In this document: piece by piece, positions 12,089 through 27,891 of the stretch
Position numbering within the stretch: position 1 is the stretch's first letter
Layout of the letters: each line of letters begins with the position of its first letter
Origin: Octopus vulgaris
Taxonomy: Eukaryota
Direction of reading: 5' to 3'
DNA: 64,000 nt
NCBI GenBank assembly: GCA_951406725.2
Contig: OX597821.1
Span: 21,204,001 to 21,268,000, forward strand
Notes under the pieces: generated by a model
The model's input: only the letters and a program-made list of their open reading frames with translations
Told to the model about the DNA's origin: nothing
Database searches by the model: none
Made by a program: the position numbers and the translations under genes

Positions 12089-13271
12089 TGGTCTCTGTTA
12101 CTGCTGTCTTGTCTTGTTTCCTTTCCCTTCCAATCCAGCACTCTTGACGCACTCCTCTTTTCAACTTACTCTCTTACTGTCGACTTGTAGCAATTAGAAC
12201 AGAACGTTACCGGTTTCGATTTCACGGTAGGGTCAAAGTGTACTGATTTTTCCCAATTTCTTAATTCCATTCACAACATCGTTAAGTCATACGTATCTTT
12301 CCCAGGTTTGATAATCCATTATCACAACAACATTAAATAATTCAGATATTTCCTCCCCACCACGATTCTTATCCTATTTTCATGCCATGGTTAAATGTTT
12401 CCTATCTATCTTAGCTCTCTGTGTGTGGCACCCCATATTCACAGCACCTTTAAATAATTTATGCCTATCCCAAATCTGTACACCCGTTCTCTCAGCATGG
12501 ATAAGTAGTTCATATAATTCCTATTCACTTAACCCAATATTTTAAACATTAATTCAGATGTTTTCCACCTTCATAAATCCAATTGCACCAGATTGTTACC
12601 GAGTTATTTCCCATGTTTGTAAACCCAATTTCACAGTAGGAGTTAGATAAATTGAATTCTTCTACAGAAAGCTAAAAAAAAGCATAACCCTTTCACAGAT
12701 TCGTTTAACAAACCATAATACATATAGTTTCTTTCATTAAATCAGACACGTCTCAGAATAAAACATTGCTTCATTTTAACTCACGAAGCAAATGAATGCT
12801 GTGAATGACTGTTATAGACACAAATTAATACTACCAACTACATGATAACTAGTATAGAAAATTACACTGAAGTAAAGAGAACCAGTCTTCATGCTTGATT
12901 CAGTATATCAGACGCTTGCCGGATTAGATCACACGATGATAATTAATAGTGTGAATGAACGTTACATTCGCAAAGTGCTACTATACAGCATGATTAGTGA
13001 TGCAATAAAGAAAAATACAACAATAGAAGCGTGTAGGTAGGTAGATAGGTAGATAGGTAGGTAGGTCGGTAAGTAGGTTGGTAGGTAGGGTAGATCAATT
13101 CCGTGTGGCAATGGTGGGGGCGTTTCGAAGAGATGAATGGGTTCAGACAGTCAATCAAATCTGCTCCATCAGTTGCCTTTGATAATGATGAGATATAATA
13201 CAATGAGTTGATTAATTGTATTACAGAACAGGTTTTCATTGTTGGCTACAAACATCTCTTTGTCGTTGAGA

Positions 13272-13303
13272 TTCTCATTGAAAACGAAACATATGTATGA
13301 GAA
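13272..13303 (+). ncRNA. Possible ultra-minimal or degenerate hammerhead lacking stem II
   Basis: TTCTCA-TTGAAAA-C-GAAA-CATATG-TA-TGAGAA; perfect 6-bp stem I and palindromic stem III, but the core is doubly mutated. Confidence 0.3.
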
Positions 13304-13355
13304 CATGAGCTGCATAGACGTCTAAATAGACACACACATATACCTGCATGGATGC

Positions 13356-13755
<400 letters not shown>

Positions 13756-14055
13756 ATTCCTGATTCAAACGCGTTTGTATGCTCTCACACGGAGATACAT
13801 AGTAGAATACGTATCTCGATATAGATGTGCTCATGTATTGCATTTGCATATGTAAGTATATCTGTATACATTTCTATATAGTAAGATGCACGTCTGTTGA
13901 CTGTTAAGAAATGTGATTAAAGGATAAGCCTGACCCTTCATGGAGCAGCTCATGTGTATGTGTCTATGTGTATATATATATACATATACACACACATACA
14001 CAATATGAATATACATGAATATAATGTTATGTACGTACTTAGATATATGTTTGTC

Positions 14056-14086
<31 letters not shown>

Positions 14087-14145
14087 ATATATATATATCT
14101 GTGTGTGTGTATGTATGTATGGTTGAATTTATGTGTATATTCTCT

Positions 14146-14451
14146 TATTCTTTTACTTGTTTCAGTTGTTTAACTGCGGCCATACTGGAGCACCGCCTTT
14201 AGTCAAACAAATCAATCCCAGGACTTATTCGTTGCAAACCTAATATTCATTTTATTGAACTATTTGTCGAACCGCTAGATTACTGGGACGCAAACACACC
14301 AGCATCAGTTGTCAAACGATGGGAAACAAACACAGACACACAAACATACACACACACACGTATACATATATATATATATATAAATAAATAAATATATATA
14401 TATATATATATATGTACACGACGGGCTTCTTTCAGTTTCCGTCTACCAAAT
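14146..14451 (-). mobile_element. tRNA/CORE-type SINE family 3 (internal microsatellite), head missing at the junction with the Tx1 remnant
   Basis: Matches the copies at 20018-20443 and 61386-61825 up to gtctaccaaatc. Confidence 0.8.
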
Positions 14452-15892
14452 CAGGCAACTGGAAGTCTCTAAATAGGTTTACGAGGTTTTTGCCCCCACT
14501 TCTGTGTAGTAGCCCCACACAATCCCTCCGGGTTTCCAAAATCCTATTCCAGTCCCCTACCACTACTAACTGCGAGACGTTCCTAGGAAAGTTTCTAGAC
14601 ACCTGAAATATCCTGCCTTTCCAGCACCTGTCGAGACAAAGATAATCACCAGTCTAAAGGCGCAATCTTCAATACCATTCTCATTTAGGACCACCAGCCT
14701 TCCGCCCAGGTCCAAGAAAATTGCCTTTGCTTTGAGATCTAAGGAATAGCACTGCTACCCAGCAACCAGACACACGACATGAGAATATCTCATAGTCATC
14801 GAATATGGGCACTAAAGCTTGCGCATTAGAAATCCTTGTCACACTAATTGCAGCCCCATCTATATCGAACGACGTGAGGTCGTTTAGCTAGTGACCTTGC
14901 TTCGAAGCTGACCCCAGGCCACGAGCATTTATACACCCTGCTCCGAAAACAATCATGTTTATCGGAGAAACAAAATGGGAGATGGTCACTTACCTTGGAT
15001 TTTGAGAGGGTCGGCTGACTCACCTGCTTCATATGAGGCATTATCACTAATGAAGGGCCTTCCTAAAGTCCTCTTATCCGGCTTTAGCCTTAAGGGCACA
15101 TTTGGGTATTGTTTGAAGTTCTGGATAATTGTTTCTGTCCATTTTTATCAGCTGTCTATCATAGAGAGTTTCGACAGAAATTCGTCGGTCGAACCCTACT
15201 CCTTTTGTGTGACTGTTTGCATTTCCCCTTACTTCCAAAATCAGCTCGCTGTTTCTCTTGCGAACGAATGTGAAGTTGATGGAGCGTTGGAATTCTGTAG
15301 TCAGTTGTGTGTGTTGTTCTTGTGAATGCTGTTTTTATCCGTGTATTTGTTTCTGTTTTGGTGCATTTTGTAGTTGTGGTTATGGCTGAATGAGTGTGCA
15401 TTGCTTTTGTTTTGGGGATTTGGTTGGGTGTGTCAGTGTTGTTAGTGTAGCTGATGGATTATGTGATTTTTCCTCGTCCTGTTTTTCACTTTCACCCCAG
15501 GAACTGTTTTTTCGCTTTTCCCCAACAGAGATCATGCTTGGGGGGTTCAGTTACCCCTCGTCACATGATAAGGCTTCTGAATCGCCCGTGTCAGAAGTAT
15601 GTGGTGTATCTATATCGTTCGCCGTTAGGAATTTTCGGGCGCGCTTGTTTCCACTGCTACAGTTGTTGGTGCCATTGTAGTGGTGGGATTCTGCTTTTGA
15701 AAATATGGCTTTAATGGCTGTTGCGGCATTGATTTTTGTTACAGCTTTTGGCCTTCCTGTGGTGGTGGTCGCAGAGCCGCCGTTTCTCGAGCTCCATTTG
15801 GTGATTTTGCTTGTGGTCGATCTTCAAATGAGGGTTAGACTTAAAAGTGTAGCATCTTGGCTTTCTGCCATCCACCAGGACTTGGAGTTGTG
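14452..15892 (-). mobile_element. L1/Tx1-clade LINE 5' remnant: ORF1 knuckle region plus ORF2 APE endonuclease
   Basis: Minus translation gives GCINARGLG...GRLVVL...LVVVGDWN (APE motifs) at ~14460-14950 and VLVDGRKPRCYT..HLK (decayed zinc knuckle) near 15850. Confidence 0.75.
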
Positions 15893-15894
15893 CT

Positions 15895-16174
15895 CCATGT
15901 GTTGAGACGGATTCTTTGGGGTTTGAATAATTCACCTCTGAAAACACGAGTGTTTCGTTCAACTTCCTTAAAAAACCCTATTCAGTGACCTTTTGAGCGG
16001 GATGGGTTACTCGAAAATTCTAACTGGGCCCCACCTGCAAAGTCATGTGCTGGTTATTTTGATATGTGATCACCATGTCGCGCACATATGGTTGTGATGC
16101 ATGTGCCTGGTGTATACTGGGCTTCATCTATTTTACCCCATTTGACCCCGTTGACATGCATTACTCTCTCACTC
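15895..16174 (+). mobile_element. (AAT)n-associated ~555-bp non-coding retroposon, truncated copy
   Basis: Matches the 3' half of 59951-60504; ends ctctctcactc(aat)n. Confidence 0.8.
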
Positions 16175-16210
<36 letters not shown>

Positions 16211-16965
16211 CGTGAAACGTCTAATGACTGGATGCTAAAACACGTTATCAAGAACGAGAGACTTAAGAAGCCTCATTCTGCCACAAAGGAGAGCAAAGAA
16301 TATACAAATGAATTCATGCATAATATCCAGACTGAACAGGGTTATGTAAGTGTAGCAACTGTTGATCTAAAAAAGATGAAATCAATGGCAAAGCAAAATA
16401 GCGTTTGGACGAATGACTGATAGGTGGGAACAAAAACTTAGGCATAGCAAATATGTGGCCCGTAGCAAACAAGCTGATGTAAACCAAAAGCACACTCATC
16501 AGTGGTTACGGAGCTCAGAGCGAAGACTTTATCTTGGCTGCTCAAGACCAGAGATTATTGACCCGTCACTAACAATGTAATAAAAAATATATAGTAGACC
16601 CAATGTACCGATACTGCGAAGATGACATTGAAATAGTGGGTCACCTAATCTCTGTGTGTAACATTTTAGGCATGATATAGTTGGCCGATATTTAAACTGG
16701 ATTTGTCGGCATTTTAAAATCAAAACTGCAAGCAACATACTGAGGCTGTTACTGGTGGGGAAAATGTAACGATTCTTTGGGTCATACAGTACATATAGAC
16801 CGGATCATCGAAGCAAATAAACCAGATATTGTCGTGAAAGACGAAAACAGTAAAATCTGCTTATTGATTGACATGAGCCTAGCTTGTGATTATAATATCT
16901 CGGCGAAAGAATTGCATGAGTTCAAAAAATATAAATATTTCCTGAATGAAATTGAAAAAATATGG
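16211..16965 (+). pseudogene. Dong/R4-type LINE 3' fragment (RLE domain), degraded
   Basis: HQWLRS...FILAAQDQ, DRIIEANKPDIVVKD..CLLIDMS; begins directly after an (AAT)n tract. Confidence 0.75.
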
Positions 16966-18020
16966 CCACAATGTGGGTCTCACGTTCTGGGTTCCCACGT
17001 CTCTCCTTCGAAAGCTCTATCGAAGTTTTGTGTAGGAAGCGAGCGAAATGTGTTCGATTCGAATGTCATACGCCACCGTTTCAAATTCTGTATTTTGCGC
17101 TACGCGTTTAGAGTTCCTCATTCTCTCTTCTGATGAGTATTTCGTGTTGGTGTTGTTTAAATTGTTTGCTTCACTGTAGCGGTGATGATCTTGCTGTTGT
17201 TGTTCCTGTTGTGTCTGTGTGTGGTGTCTGCAGTTTTAGATGTTTGTGTGAGTGTCTGTTCTTGTTTAGGTTGTTTGTATTTGGGGGGATGCTGGTGATA
17301 GCGATGGTACTGCTTGTGTTGATGCTGGTGTTTTGGGGAAAATGTTTACGTGGATGGTGTCCGATTTTTTTTATTGTGGGTGTTGTTATGATTTGTGGCG
17401 TTTTTGTTTTAAGTTTTCTCTTTTGACTTTTGGTTTTCTTTCATCTTCACTTCTGGAAGATGAAGGGTATGTTAGTGTAAGCTTGTCTGTGTATGTGTGT
17501 ATGTTTATAATCTTGGTTATGTGTGTATTTCTGTTTGGTGTCCGGTGAGTGGGAGAGCTTTCCTTGTTTCTACCTAGGGTGGTTGATGTCTTTGGTGTGG
17601 TTGCGGGTGGATTTGGCAGTACTGGAGTTGTTTAAGGTTCTCGTCCCAGCGTAGGCATCACTGGAGGAATTTGACCCCTTGCACTTTGTACTAAGTGGGA
17701 ACAGCGAGGTCTTTTGTCCCCAATCATGATATGTATCCCGTTCTGGAGATGGAGGTGATCCGGGATGGTTTTTATGTTTACGGGTCTGATTTGGAGAAGT
17801 ATCCCCAGGTCAACTCCGGAACAGTCCTCCCTGGCAATTGTCGTCGCCTCCATTGGAACAGTATCCGTCCCCTCCACGATTACGCATCCCAAAAGTCCTG
17901 ATGGGATTGTATGAATGCGGACATAGGCTATACGTTTCCCCACGTGGGAGGGATACATAATGACTTTGCTGGTTTTGCAGGGGATCATTGTATGTTTTAT
18001 AGCGAGGGCTTCTGACTTAA
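16966..18020 (-). mobile_element. LINE ORF1 (gag-like) remnant, probably Tx1/L1 type
   Basis: HVGKRIAYVRIHTIP...IMIGDKRPRC, similar to the ORF1 knuckle at ~15850, followed by a low-complexity A/C-rich region. Confidence 0.5.
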
Positions 18021-18182
18021 ACAGCCGAAAAGATGCCGTATTGTTTGCTCCTCGCTATGTATTCCATATTGGTAATGGAATAAAATATTATTGAAAAAGG
18101 ACACCAATCCTGGTGTAAATAATTATTTTGAAATGGACTTACTTGGAGCGTTCGAAAACACGTCCGATATGTTCCGCAGTAA

Positions 18183-19292
<1,110 letters not shown>

Positions 19293-19359
19293 AATAATAA
19301 TAATAGTAATAATAATAATGATGATGATAATGATAATGAATTATGATGATGATGATTAT

Positions 19360-19800
19360 AGACGCAGGCACGTTTGTGTAGCCAAGGCAATACACTGGGA
19401 CATACTACAGCAAAGAGAGGTGCAGTAAATTAGGAGTAGGTCTTATGAGATTTTACTGTACAGATTGATCACGAACTTCAAGCAATGCGACCACATATTT
19501 GCGGTCTGGACGAAGACAAAAAAGAGTGCATCATCATATGCGTGTCTCTAAATGCGGACATGAATGTAGCGACCACTTTCAGGAGAAAATAACAAGATTT
19601 GGCTAGGTAAATGCGAAGAAAATAGAGGGTTTCTACAAAAGTAATCACAGTAGATGTAGGTGTCCTTGCTCATGTCACCAGCAGACTTGATATTTTACTT
19701 ATTGAGATTGGTGAAACTACGAGATTTGCTCTAATACAGAAATCTGCTCTATTGAAATAAGCAAGCTTTGTTAGTGCTCAACAACTGAGGAAAGTGGTTG
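19360..19800 (+). pseudogene. Highly degraded R4-type RLE fragment
   Basis: IDHELQAMRPHICGLDEDKKECIII...VITVDVGVL aligns with the RPDI...IPVVIGALG region. Confidence 0.5.
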
Positions 19801-20017
19801 TAAACGGGTACCAAAAAGTTGATTCCTTAGATTCAGTTCTTCCATATGGTAGAATTTATAACTTAGCTATTCGCGGAGACTGTTAATGGATTTTGAGGAC
19901 ATTAGATTTTGCACTTTGAAAAAAAATTTATGAGTTATCTGAATTCTTTGGCATTGTGAGCTCACTGAAGTAGTACACTTTCCAATCTAATATAAAAAGG
20001 AATGTTACTGATTATAG

Positions 20018-20443
20018 TTACTCTTTACTCTTTTACCTGTTTCAGTCATTTGACTGCGGCCTGGCTGGAGCACCGCCTTTAATCGAGCAACTCGACCCCG
20101 GGACTTATTCTTTTGTAAGCCCAGCACTTATTCTATCAGTCTCTTTTGCTGAGCCGCTAAGTAACGGGGATATAAACACACCAGCATCGGTTGTCAAGCA
20201 ATGCTAGGGGGACAAACACAGACACACAAACACACACACCCATAAATATACATATATATATATACATATATATATACATATATACGACGGGCTTCTTTCA
20301 GTTTCCGCCTACCAAGTCCACTCACAAGGCATTGGTCGGCCCGAGGCTATAGTAGAAGACACTTGCCCAAGGTGCCACGCAGTGGGACTGAACCCGGAAC
20401 CATGTGGTTGGTAAACAAGCTACTTACAACACAGCCACTCCTG
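20018..20443 (-). mobile_element. SINE family 3, near full length
   Basis: Minus-strand head CAGGAGTGGCTGTG..GGTTCCGGGTTCAGTCCC (A/B boxes), CORE-like GGCACCTTGGGCAAGTG, internal (TA)/(TG) tract, tail aaaagagtaaagag. Confidence 0.9.
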
Positions 20444-21520
20444 TCAATTTTTATATTTATTCTCAGGTCAATACTTGTATAATAAAGGATACTCCAGTTT
20501 TTCCCAAGCTCTGACAATAATATGAATGAAAGAGTACAGCATTTAACCTTACCTTTCTGAAACCGAAGAGGTGCAATTTGAGAGAAAGTCATTGCATCTG
20601 TTTTGTTGTTTTGCCCAGTTAATTACAGACACAGCATTTTCTATGATGAAAGATATTCAGAGCTTTGATGATCCCCCTTCTTTTCGAGATAATATATTCA
20701 GTCTACATTAACTAATATGGCTTTCTTTTCCCAAATGATAAGAGTGTAATTTGATGGGGATTGGCTGCTACTTCTTACAGGTTTACAAATAACACGGGGA
20801 CGCTTTTGCTGCCCCATGGAGCGGATTGTGTAAAGAGAAAAGAAATCTACACAGTATGGTGGAGTACAACATTGACTCAGAAATAATCTGATTAAAAGTA
20901 TGGAATATTACATAGAAAACGGGATAAGGTTGTAATACTATAATACCCGAAGCTACTTAATTGTTGATCAAACCTATACAATGTTAACTTTCTTGCCATA
21001 TAAGTAAATACGATTTTCAGACGTTGTTGCATCATTTTAGCCAACAGCGTATCACGTTTCATAGAGACAACCATCAACATTACATGATACTTCCCGTCGC
21101 AGTATAGACGTATCTATGCCTCAGATGACAAATCTATGATGCGTAGGTTAATAGTGAGAAAACTGCTGATTTCAACGTGACAAAAAATAGTTTTCTTTAA
21201 AATGTTATGAAATCTTTTTCTATAAGAATTATCCTAAGGCGAAAATGAATTTATACATCTAAGGGACAGACCAAAGATAGGATTATTATACCAAATGAAA
21301 TTACGACCAGCAAAGGCAGAAAGAGATTCAGCATGATTGTTCTGCGATCATGCTGATAATAAACAACATTTATTTTATTTTAGAAGCGAGCGTGGCTGCG
21401 TGGAAAAGAGATTACTTCACAATCACATGGATCCAGATTCAGGCAAATGTCTTCTTGCATAGTGCCGAGCCCCAAATCAAACGTAGGAGGAAAATGAAAG
21501 AAGCCCATCATAACACATAC

Positions 21521-21575
<55 letters not shown>

Positions 21576-22299
21576 CAGACAGACTGACAGACATACAAAT
21601 ATGCATAAATGCATACATACATACATACATACATACATACATACATACATACATACATACATACATACATACATACATACATACATACATACAGTGAATC
21701 TCAGCGAAGCTTCTGTGAAAGAGTTATTTTCGAAGGGCAGGAATTGGTGTCAGTATGGCACCAAATAACTAGTAGAAAGGTGGACTTAGACATATTAACG
21801 CGATGGCCTCTTCTTTCACCGCAAAGCTGCTTTTCTTTTGTTTTAAGTTGACGAAGTCGCAAAAATATGGCAATATTTTTTACTCATCACATTATGTATG
21901 TGCGTTTGTATGTGAGTGAGTGTGTATACATATTTATGCATGTGTATGTACGTATGTATATGTATATTTATATGTGTCGGTCCCTACCACTGCTTATTAG
22001 CCGTTGTAGCTTTGTTTACGTTCGTGTAACAAACCGCTTTGGAAAAAAAATCGATGTAATAAATACGAAGATCATACAAGTATTAGAGGCGATTCAATGT
22101 GCTAGACCCTTCAAGACTGCAGTCCAATGCCAGAAATAAAAATTGAAAATAAATGGTAACATTCCATTAGACGATATTGTCCTAGTATTTCTTATCCTGG
22201 AATAAAAGACAAACTGGTTGCATGGAATTAATATTAATTGTAGTTTTCCATAGATTAGGACTAATTTGATCTCTGCTCGCCTAAGCTAAACACCGACAA

Positions 22300-24290
22300 C
22301 GGGTCACATATTAGAGAGTGTGATTTTAAGATATTTATCTGAAAGGAAGTAGGAATTGAATTTTTATGTAGCGATTGTCACATACGTAAGGATTTTCAAA
22401 AGAAATTATGCAACATATATGATTATATGCCGTTATCGTAGAGTAAATTTTCTTAACGCTACCTTCTGTATTGATCCTAGATTTTTTTAATCCTTTCATA
22501 AGCCATATGATCATATAAAGTTTATAAATGTGGCATCAAACCATCCACCCTCGATAATACTGGGATTAGTTACGAATATTTCTACAAGAATTTCTAGATT
22601 ATCCGCTAATTATGAAATTTTCGAATCACATGCAACTTATTATAATGCTGCTCTAGCTAGGGCTGGATATAGTGAAAAAATTCAGGATATACAAGAGCAG
22701 GCATACACAACACTGGTAACTCCTCCAATAGTAGTACACATTGTACACCATCAGAACGACTCAGTTTGAGAACTCACTCAGATAGAGAATACCTGCCAGG
22801 AAGTATTGGTCAAGACAATGAACTACCAACGAAAACTCATAGACATACGTGTCATAATAATCTAACTGCTCGCAACACTGTAAATTGTTCCCAAATAAGC
22901 CAAACAACAAATATAGGAATCAGGATGCCCTCTATTCCAAGCCGAGTTTCGGTTCGCATGTTTCAACCAAGATCGCGGGAAAATTTTTTGCCGCTTGGGA
23001 CTGGTTTCCTAAATATAATCGATGTGAAGCTCTTTTTAATCCGCACACCGTGAAAGTATCCTATATTAACTCTGCTGACTTAGAACAGCTTATGATCAGC
23101 TTAAACAGTAGTAAACTGCGACAAAGTTTCAATAAGCCACCAACTGTATCTACGAACCTATGTAAATAAATACCTATTTCTTTACTACCCACAAGGGGCT
23201 AAACACAGAGGGGACAAACAAGGACAGACAAACGAATTAAGTCGATTATATCGACCCCAGCGCGTAACTGATACTTATTTAATCGACCCCGAAAGGATGA
23301 AAGGCAAAGTCGACCTCGGCAGAATTTGAACTCAGAACGCAACGGCAGACGAAATACGGCTACGCATTTCGCCCGATGTTTCTACCAGCTCGCCTATGTA
23401 TCTCAATACCAACAAAGGAGATGTAAACTGCAATGAAAAGCACCAATTACGGTAGAAAATGCTTATGATACAGCTAATACGGTAACAGCGTGGGAAAATG
23501 GAGTCGGAACTGCCAATATATACACATTAATATGCTAAATGCTCATGCACAGAAAAATCAAAACGCTCATTGATGAACTTCTTTATGAGTACAAATCTTG
23601 TATATAAATGAATCGTGCACACAAGGGGAGGGCCGTATGTTTACATTAAGCAGACGGTTGATTTATTTAAGAATCGTTATCGTAACCACGTCGCCAGCTT
23701 TAACAGAATCAGTAAGTGATATTCAACATCTATGGCTGATTTTGTATGGCGACTGTAGAAGGATAAAATTAAGTACAACGTAACTTGGTACATAGTAAGA
23801 CACGCGAAGCTATACAATATCATTTCCAGGAGATGCCAACTCTGCTCCAAGGAATCTATGGCTATTCTGTGGACTAATGAGAAAATCATTAATAGAATTA
23901 ATGGAAGACTCTCAAGGTGCTTACACGCACCTAAATATGCTTTCGCACAATGCAGTAGGAATGAATTTAAGTAACTGTTAACATAATTTACTTTAATGTA
24001 TGGCTGAATCACGTTTGGTTTTAACCTCTCCATTCTTATAAACTCCATGTAGCCATTTAACTCGCTTTGATTATATGCGTATGATTATATTTTCGCGGAT
24101 GCTTGTAGGAGCGAGTGTACACGCGCCATGCAGCTTGCGCGAGGGCGTTTATACACCTACATTTGTTAACGAATAGTTTTAATACTTTTCTCGCTGTATT
24201 GCGTGTTTGGTTCTTTTTGCATCTATGATTTTATTTTTGATCTTCTAAGTAAGTGAAGATATTTCCTCTGTTTTAGCTGCTTTTCTTTCT
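22300..24290 (+). mobile_element. Penelope-like element, decayed: RT C-terminus + GIY-YIG endonuclease
   Basis: VNFLNAT..FHKPYD..INVASNHPPSII..ISTRISRLS..YNAALARAGY; FNPHTVKVSY; YRNHVASF..VTWYIVRHAKLY..RRCQLCSKE. Confidence 0.85.
23168..23395 (-). mobile_element. SINE family 2 monomer inserted in the Penelope element
   Basis: Head and one unit; flanked by cctatgta on both sides; tail continues into GGTATTT, the start of a second unit. Confidence 0.85.
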
Positions 24291-27200
24291 ACGAAATGGG
24301 AAGATACATTGCGGAAGAAAAGAACAAAATGGACTTGGACCGGATATGGACACTGAGAAAGGAAACGGTATAGGAATGGTAGATGAGGAGTTCAGCTGAT
24401 GCGGAAAGGTGTTTGCTAGTTACATCGGGCTGAGAATCCACCAAGGGAAGGTGTGTGAGAAGAAAGTAATTCAATAACGCCGGTTGATAAACCATAAGAC
24501 GTGTGGCCAGAACCCCCTGGAAAATAACCATAGCGAGGTTCATTCCACAGTTGAATTAGAACAGTCAAAAAGACTAATAGTCATGAAGAGGACAAAGATT
24601 AAGTGGCCGAAAGCAAATGACGCAACGAGTTATAAAAAATTTGACAACGAGGTAGCAAGATTGAAGACCAAATTCAAAGGCGACGACGAAGAAAAGCTCG
24701 AAAACCTGGCTAATACAATCTACCAGGAAGGAGAGAAAAGATTTAGACTGGATACAACTGGGAAGGTTAGAATCAACGGCGACAAGTGGACCATCGAGGA
24801 CAGAAAGACGGATCGCAAAGATTCGAGAGGAGAAGAAAAAACTCAGAACCAGGTGGAGGGATGCAAAGGAGGAGGAAAGAGAAGTGCTAAAGCAGCTATA
24901 TGAAGAGATAAAAAAGAGGCATCGAGATCTGCTAAGAAAACAAAGAAGGAAGAGCAGAAGAAAGGAGAAAGAAAAGAACTATCGTAGCTTTGTGAACAAT
25001 CCATATCAATATGCGAAACATTTATTTTCTGAAAGTAAAAGCGGAAAATTGGATTGAAAGAAGAGCTCGAACAACATCTGAAAGAGACATACAGCGACTC
25101 TGACAGAAATGAAGTACTCTCAGAAATGCACGGACTGAAGAAACCACCTGAACCAAGAGTACCATTTGATTTAAGTGACATCAAACGGAAAGAAATGGAT
25201 GAGTTCATAAGAAAAGCAAAAGCAAATGGTTCACCAGGGAACGATGGACTGAGCTACAAGGTATATACATTTTGCCCGAAATTACGTTTGCAGCTGTTTG
25301 TATTGATGAGAGAAATGTGGAAGAAGAAAGATATAGCGGAGCGATGGTGTATAGCTGAATGTATCTCTCTACCAAAAGAAAAAGATGCAAAAAGACTAGG
25401 ACAATTTAGACCAATTTCATTATTAAATACTGACGGGAAAAATCATGTTTGGAATTATTGATAGACGAATCATAAGATTCGTACAGCATAATGGGTACGT
25501 TAATGAATCAATCCAAAAAGCAGGAATCCCCGGAATCTCTGGGTGTATAGAACACGCATTTGCCATCTGGGAAGCCATCAACTGTGCAAAACAACTGAAG
25601 AAAAACCTGTATATTGCTTATGGTTCTGCTCCGCACTAATAAAAACAGTGATGGACTTATTTTGGATTCCAAAAGATGTTCAACGAATGCTTATGTCTTA
25701 CTATGTCAACCTGAGGATTAGATTTACAACAGGAATGTTCACAACGGAGTGATAACGGCTTGAAATAGGTATTAGTCATCTTATTCGTCATGAAATATAG
25801 TCATGAAAATGTTACTTAGATCTACAAACTGTGAGAAAGCTGTTACAAAGACACCAATAAGGGCTTTTATGGACGACGTAACTCTATTATCGGAAAGTAG
25901 AGATGCAGCAGTAGAGCGGTTGGACGAACTGATAGAATGGGCAAAAATGAAGTTCAAAGCCAAAAAATCTCGAAGCGTGGCTTTCGTGAAAGGAGGGCAA
26001 GAAGTGAAATTCAGAATAGGAGGTGAAGACATACCAACGGTAAAAGAACAACCAGTAAAGAGTTTTGGCAGATGGTATAGAGATTTATTAAATGATAAGA
26101 AGCAAGGGAAAGAAACACACGAGTTAGAACAAGGATAAAGGCAATTGACAGATCAACGCTGCCGGAAAAATTCAAATGTTGGATACTGCAATTTGGGCTG
26201 TACCCAAGAATAATGTGGCCATTGCAAATGTACGAAATTGCCTCGAGTAGAGTAGAAAGGATGGAACAAAGATGCAATGTGTTTATCAGAAAATGGCTTG
26301 GTATGCCGAAACCACTGAATACAAGTGCACTATATGGAAAACCCGTGCTGCAACTACCAATAACATCAATCGCCGAAGAATATAAGGCAGGAAAGGCAAG
26401 GAGAGTAATGATGCTAATGTATTCAAAAGATCAGACCATCCGGGAGAACCCTCCAAAGGTACGAACAGGGAGGAAAAGGAAGGCGGAAGAGGCAGTAAAC
26501 AGGGCGATCGGAAAACTAAGGCACGCAGATATAGTCGGAGCGCCGCAAGAAGCAAGAGCCGGCCTAGGGTGAAAGAGGCAGTGGTATACGAAGTGAGAAA
26601 GGAGGAAGAAGAAAGGCGAATGTACATTTGGTGCAATGTAGTCAACAGGGACAGTGCCGGAGATGGAAGGAATATGTGATCAGCCGCAGAATATCATAGA
26701 AGGAACGTTAGGCTTCGGAAAAAGCAAGAACATCCTTCCTGATCAAGTCTACCTTCGAAGTTCTACCCTCACCGACGAACATAGTCCGGTGGAACATAAA
26801 AACAACCGATGAGTGTAGATGCGGAGAGAAAACGACGGTTAGACATGTTCTGTCAAATAGCAGACTAGCACTAGAAAGATATACATGGCGGCATAATGAA
26901 GTCCTCGGCGTCATAAGTGCAGCACTCAAGAAGATCGAGAGGTACAATAGGGGAGAGTACCCAAAAGTAGAAAAGCGCAGGAAGCACACTTGCACAAGGA
27001 GGTAAAATGTTATAAAACCAGGCCTACAAGTAAAATATACGAGATAGACGAATGATGGAAGATTGGAAAGATAAGTAATATTCCACTAATAAAAACGACA
27101 AAAAGACCAGATCTAGTCCTATGGAACAGAAAACGGAGAATAGGAATTTTACTAGAACTCACAGTACCTTGGGAAGAGAACATCGGCAATGCAGAGGAAC

Positions 27201-27430
27201 GAAAGGAGAAGAGGTACGAAAAACTAATCAAAGAATGTAGAGAACAGGGATGGAATGTCGAGTATTATCACCTGGCAGTGGGTACTAGAGGCTTCATTGA
27301 AAGGAAAATGACAACGCTGTTCAAAAGAAGATTTGGTTTTTCTAGCTCCGAGCTGCGAAAACTAATAAGGAGAGTATAGGAGGCGGTCGAAAAAGCCAGC
27401 TTCTACATATGGCTGAAGCGGGAAGACCTT
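24290..27430 (+). mobile_element. HERO-like RLE non-LTR retrotransposon, nearly full ORF but pseudogenised
   Basis: CGKVFASYIGLRIHQGKVC, IKWPKAN, SPGNDG, FRPISLLN, QKAGIPGISGCIEH, RAFMDDVTL, MKFKAKKSRS, PVKSFGRWY, RKWLG, YTWRHNEVL, RPDLVLW..LELTVPWEE; many stops and frameshifts. Confidence 0.85.
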
Positions 27431-27781
27431 CGTACTGTGCGATCACGTGTGGACTCATCTCCCCTTGCTTCGTTGATATTGGCAGCAATTTGGGAGGCAT
27501 TATGCCGAAGCTTCAACTCCTGCAAGAAAAGTAAGCGAAGGTCCTTATTTATCAAGTTTATAATTAAGGGCGCCTATACTTCGAAGAATGCTTTCTATCT
27601 GAAATAATTAGAAGATTATAAAGAGCATACTTCAATTATTAAGTATGTCGAAATTCACCTAAAATATAATCAAAATACTATGATGAAATTGCGTTTCAAA
27701 CCACAACTGCTAGAGCGGTCATTATTTTCGGAACAACCTAATACTTTTTTCCACCCTGTTTCACATTTATGCGCTTACTCT

Positions 27782-27891
<110 letters not shown>

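Noticed and set aside
27460-27530. Possible decayed hammerhead after the HERO element (ttgata..ggca..tgccgaag)
   Set aside because: Too many core mismatches to support
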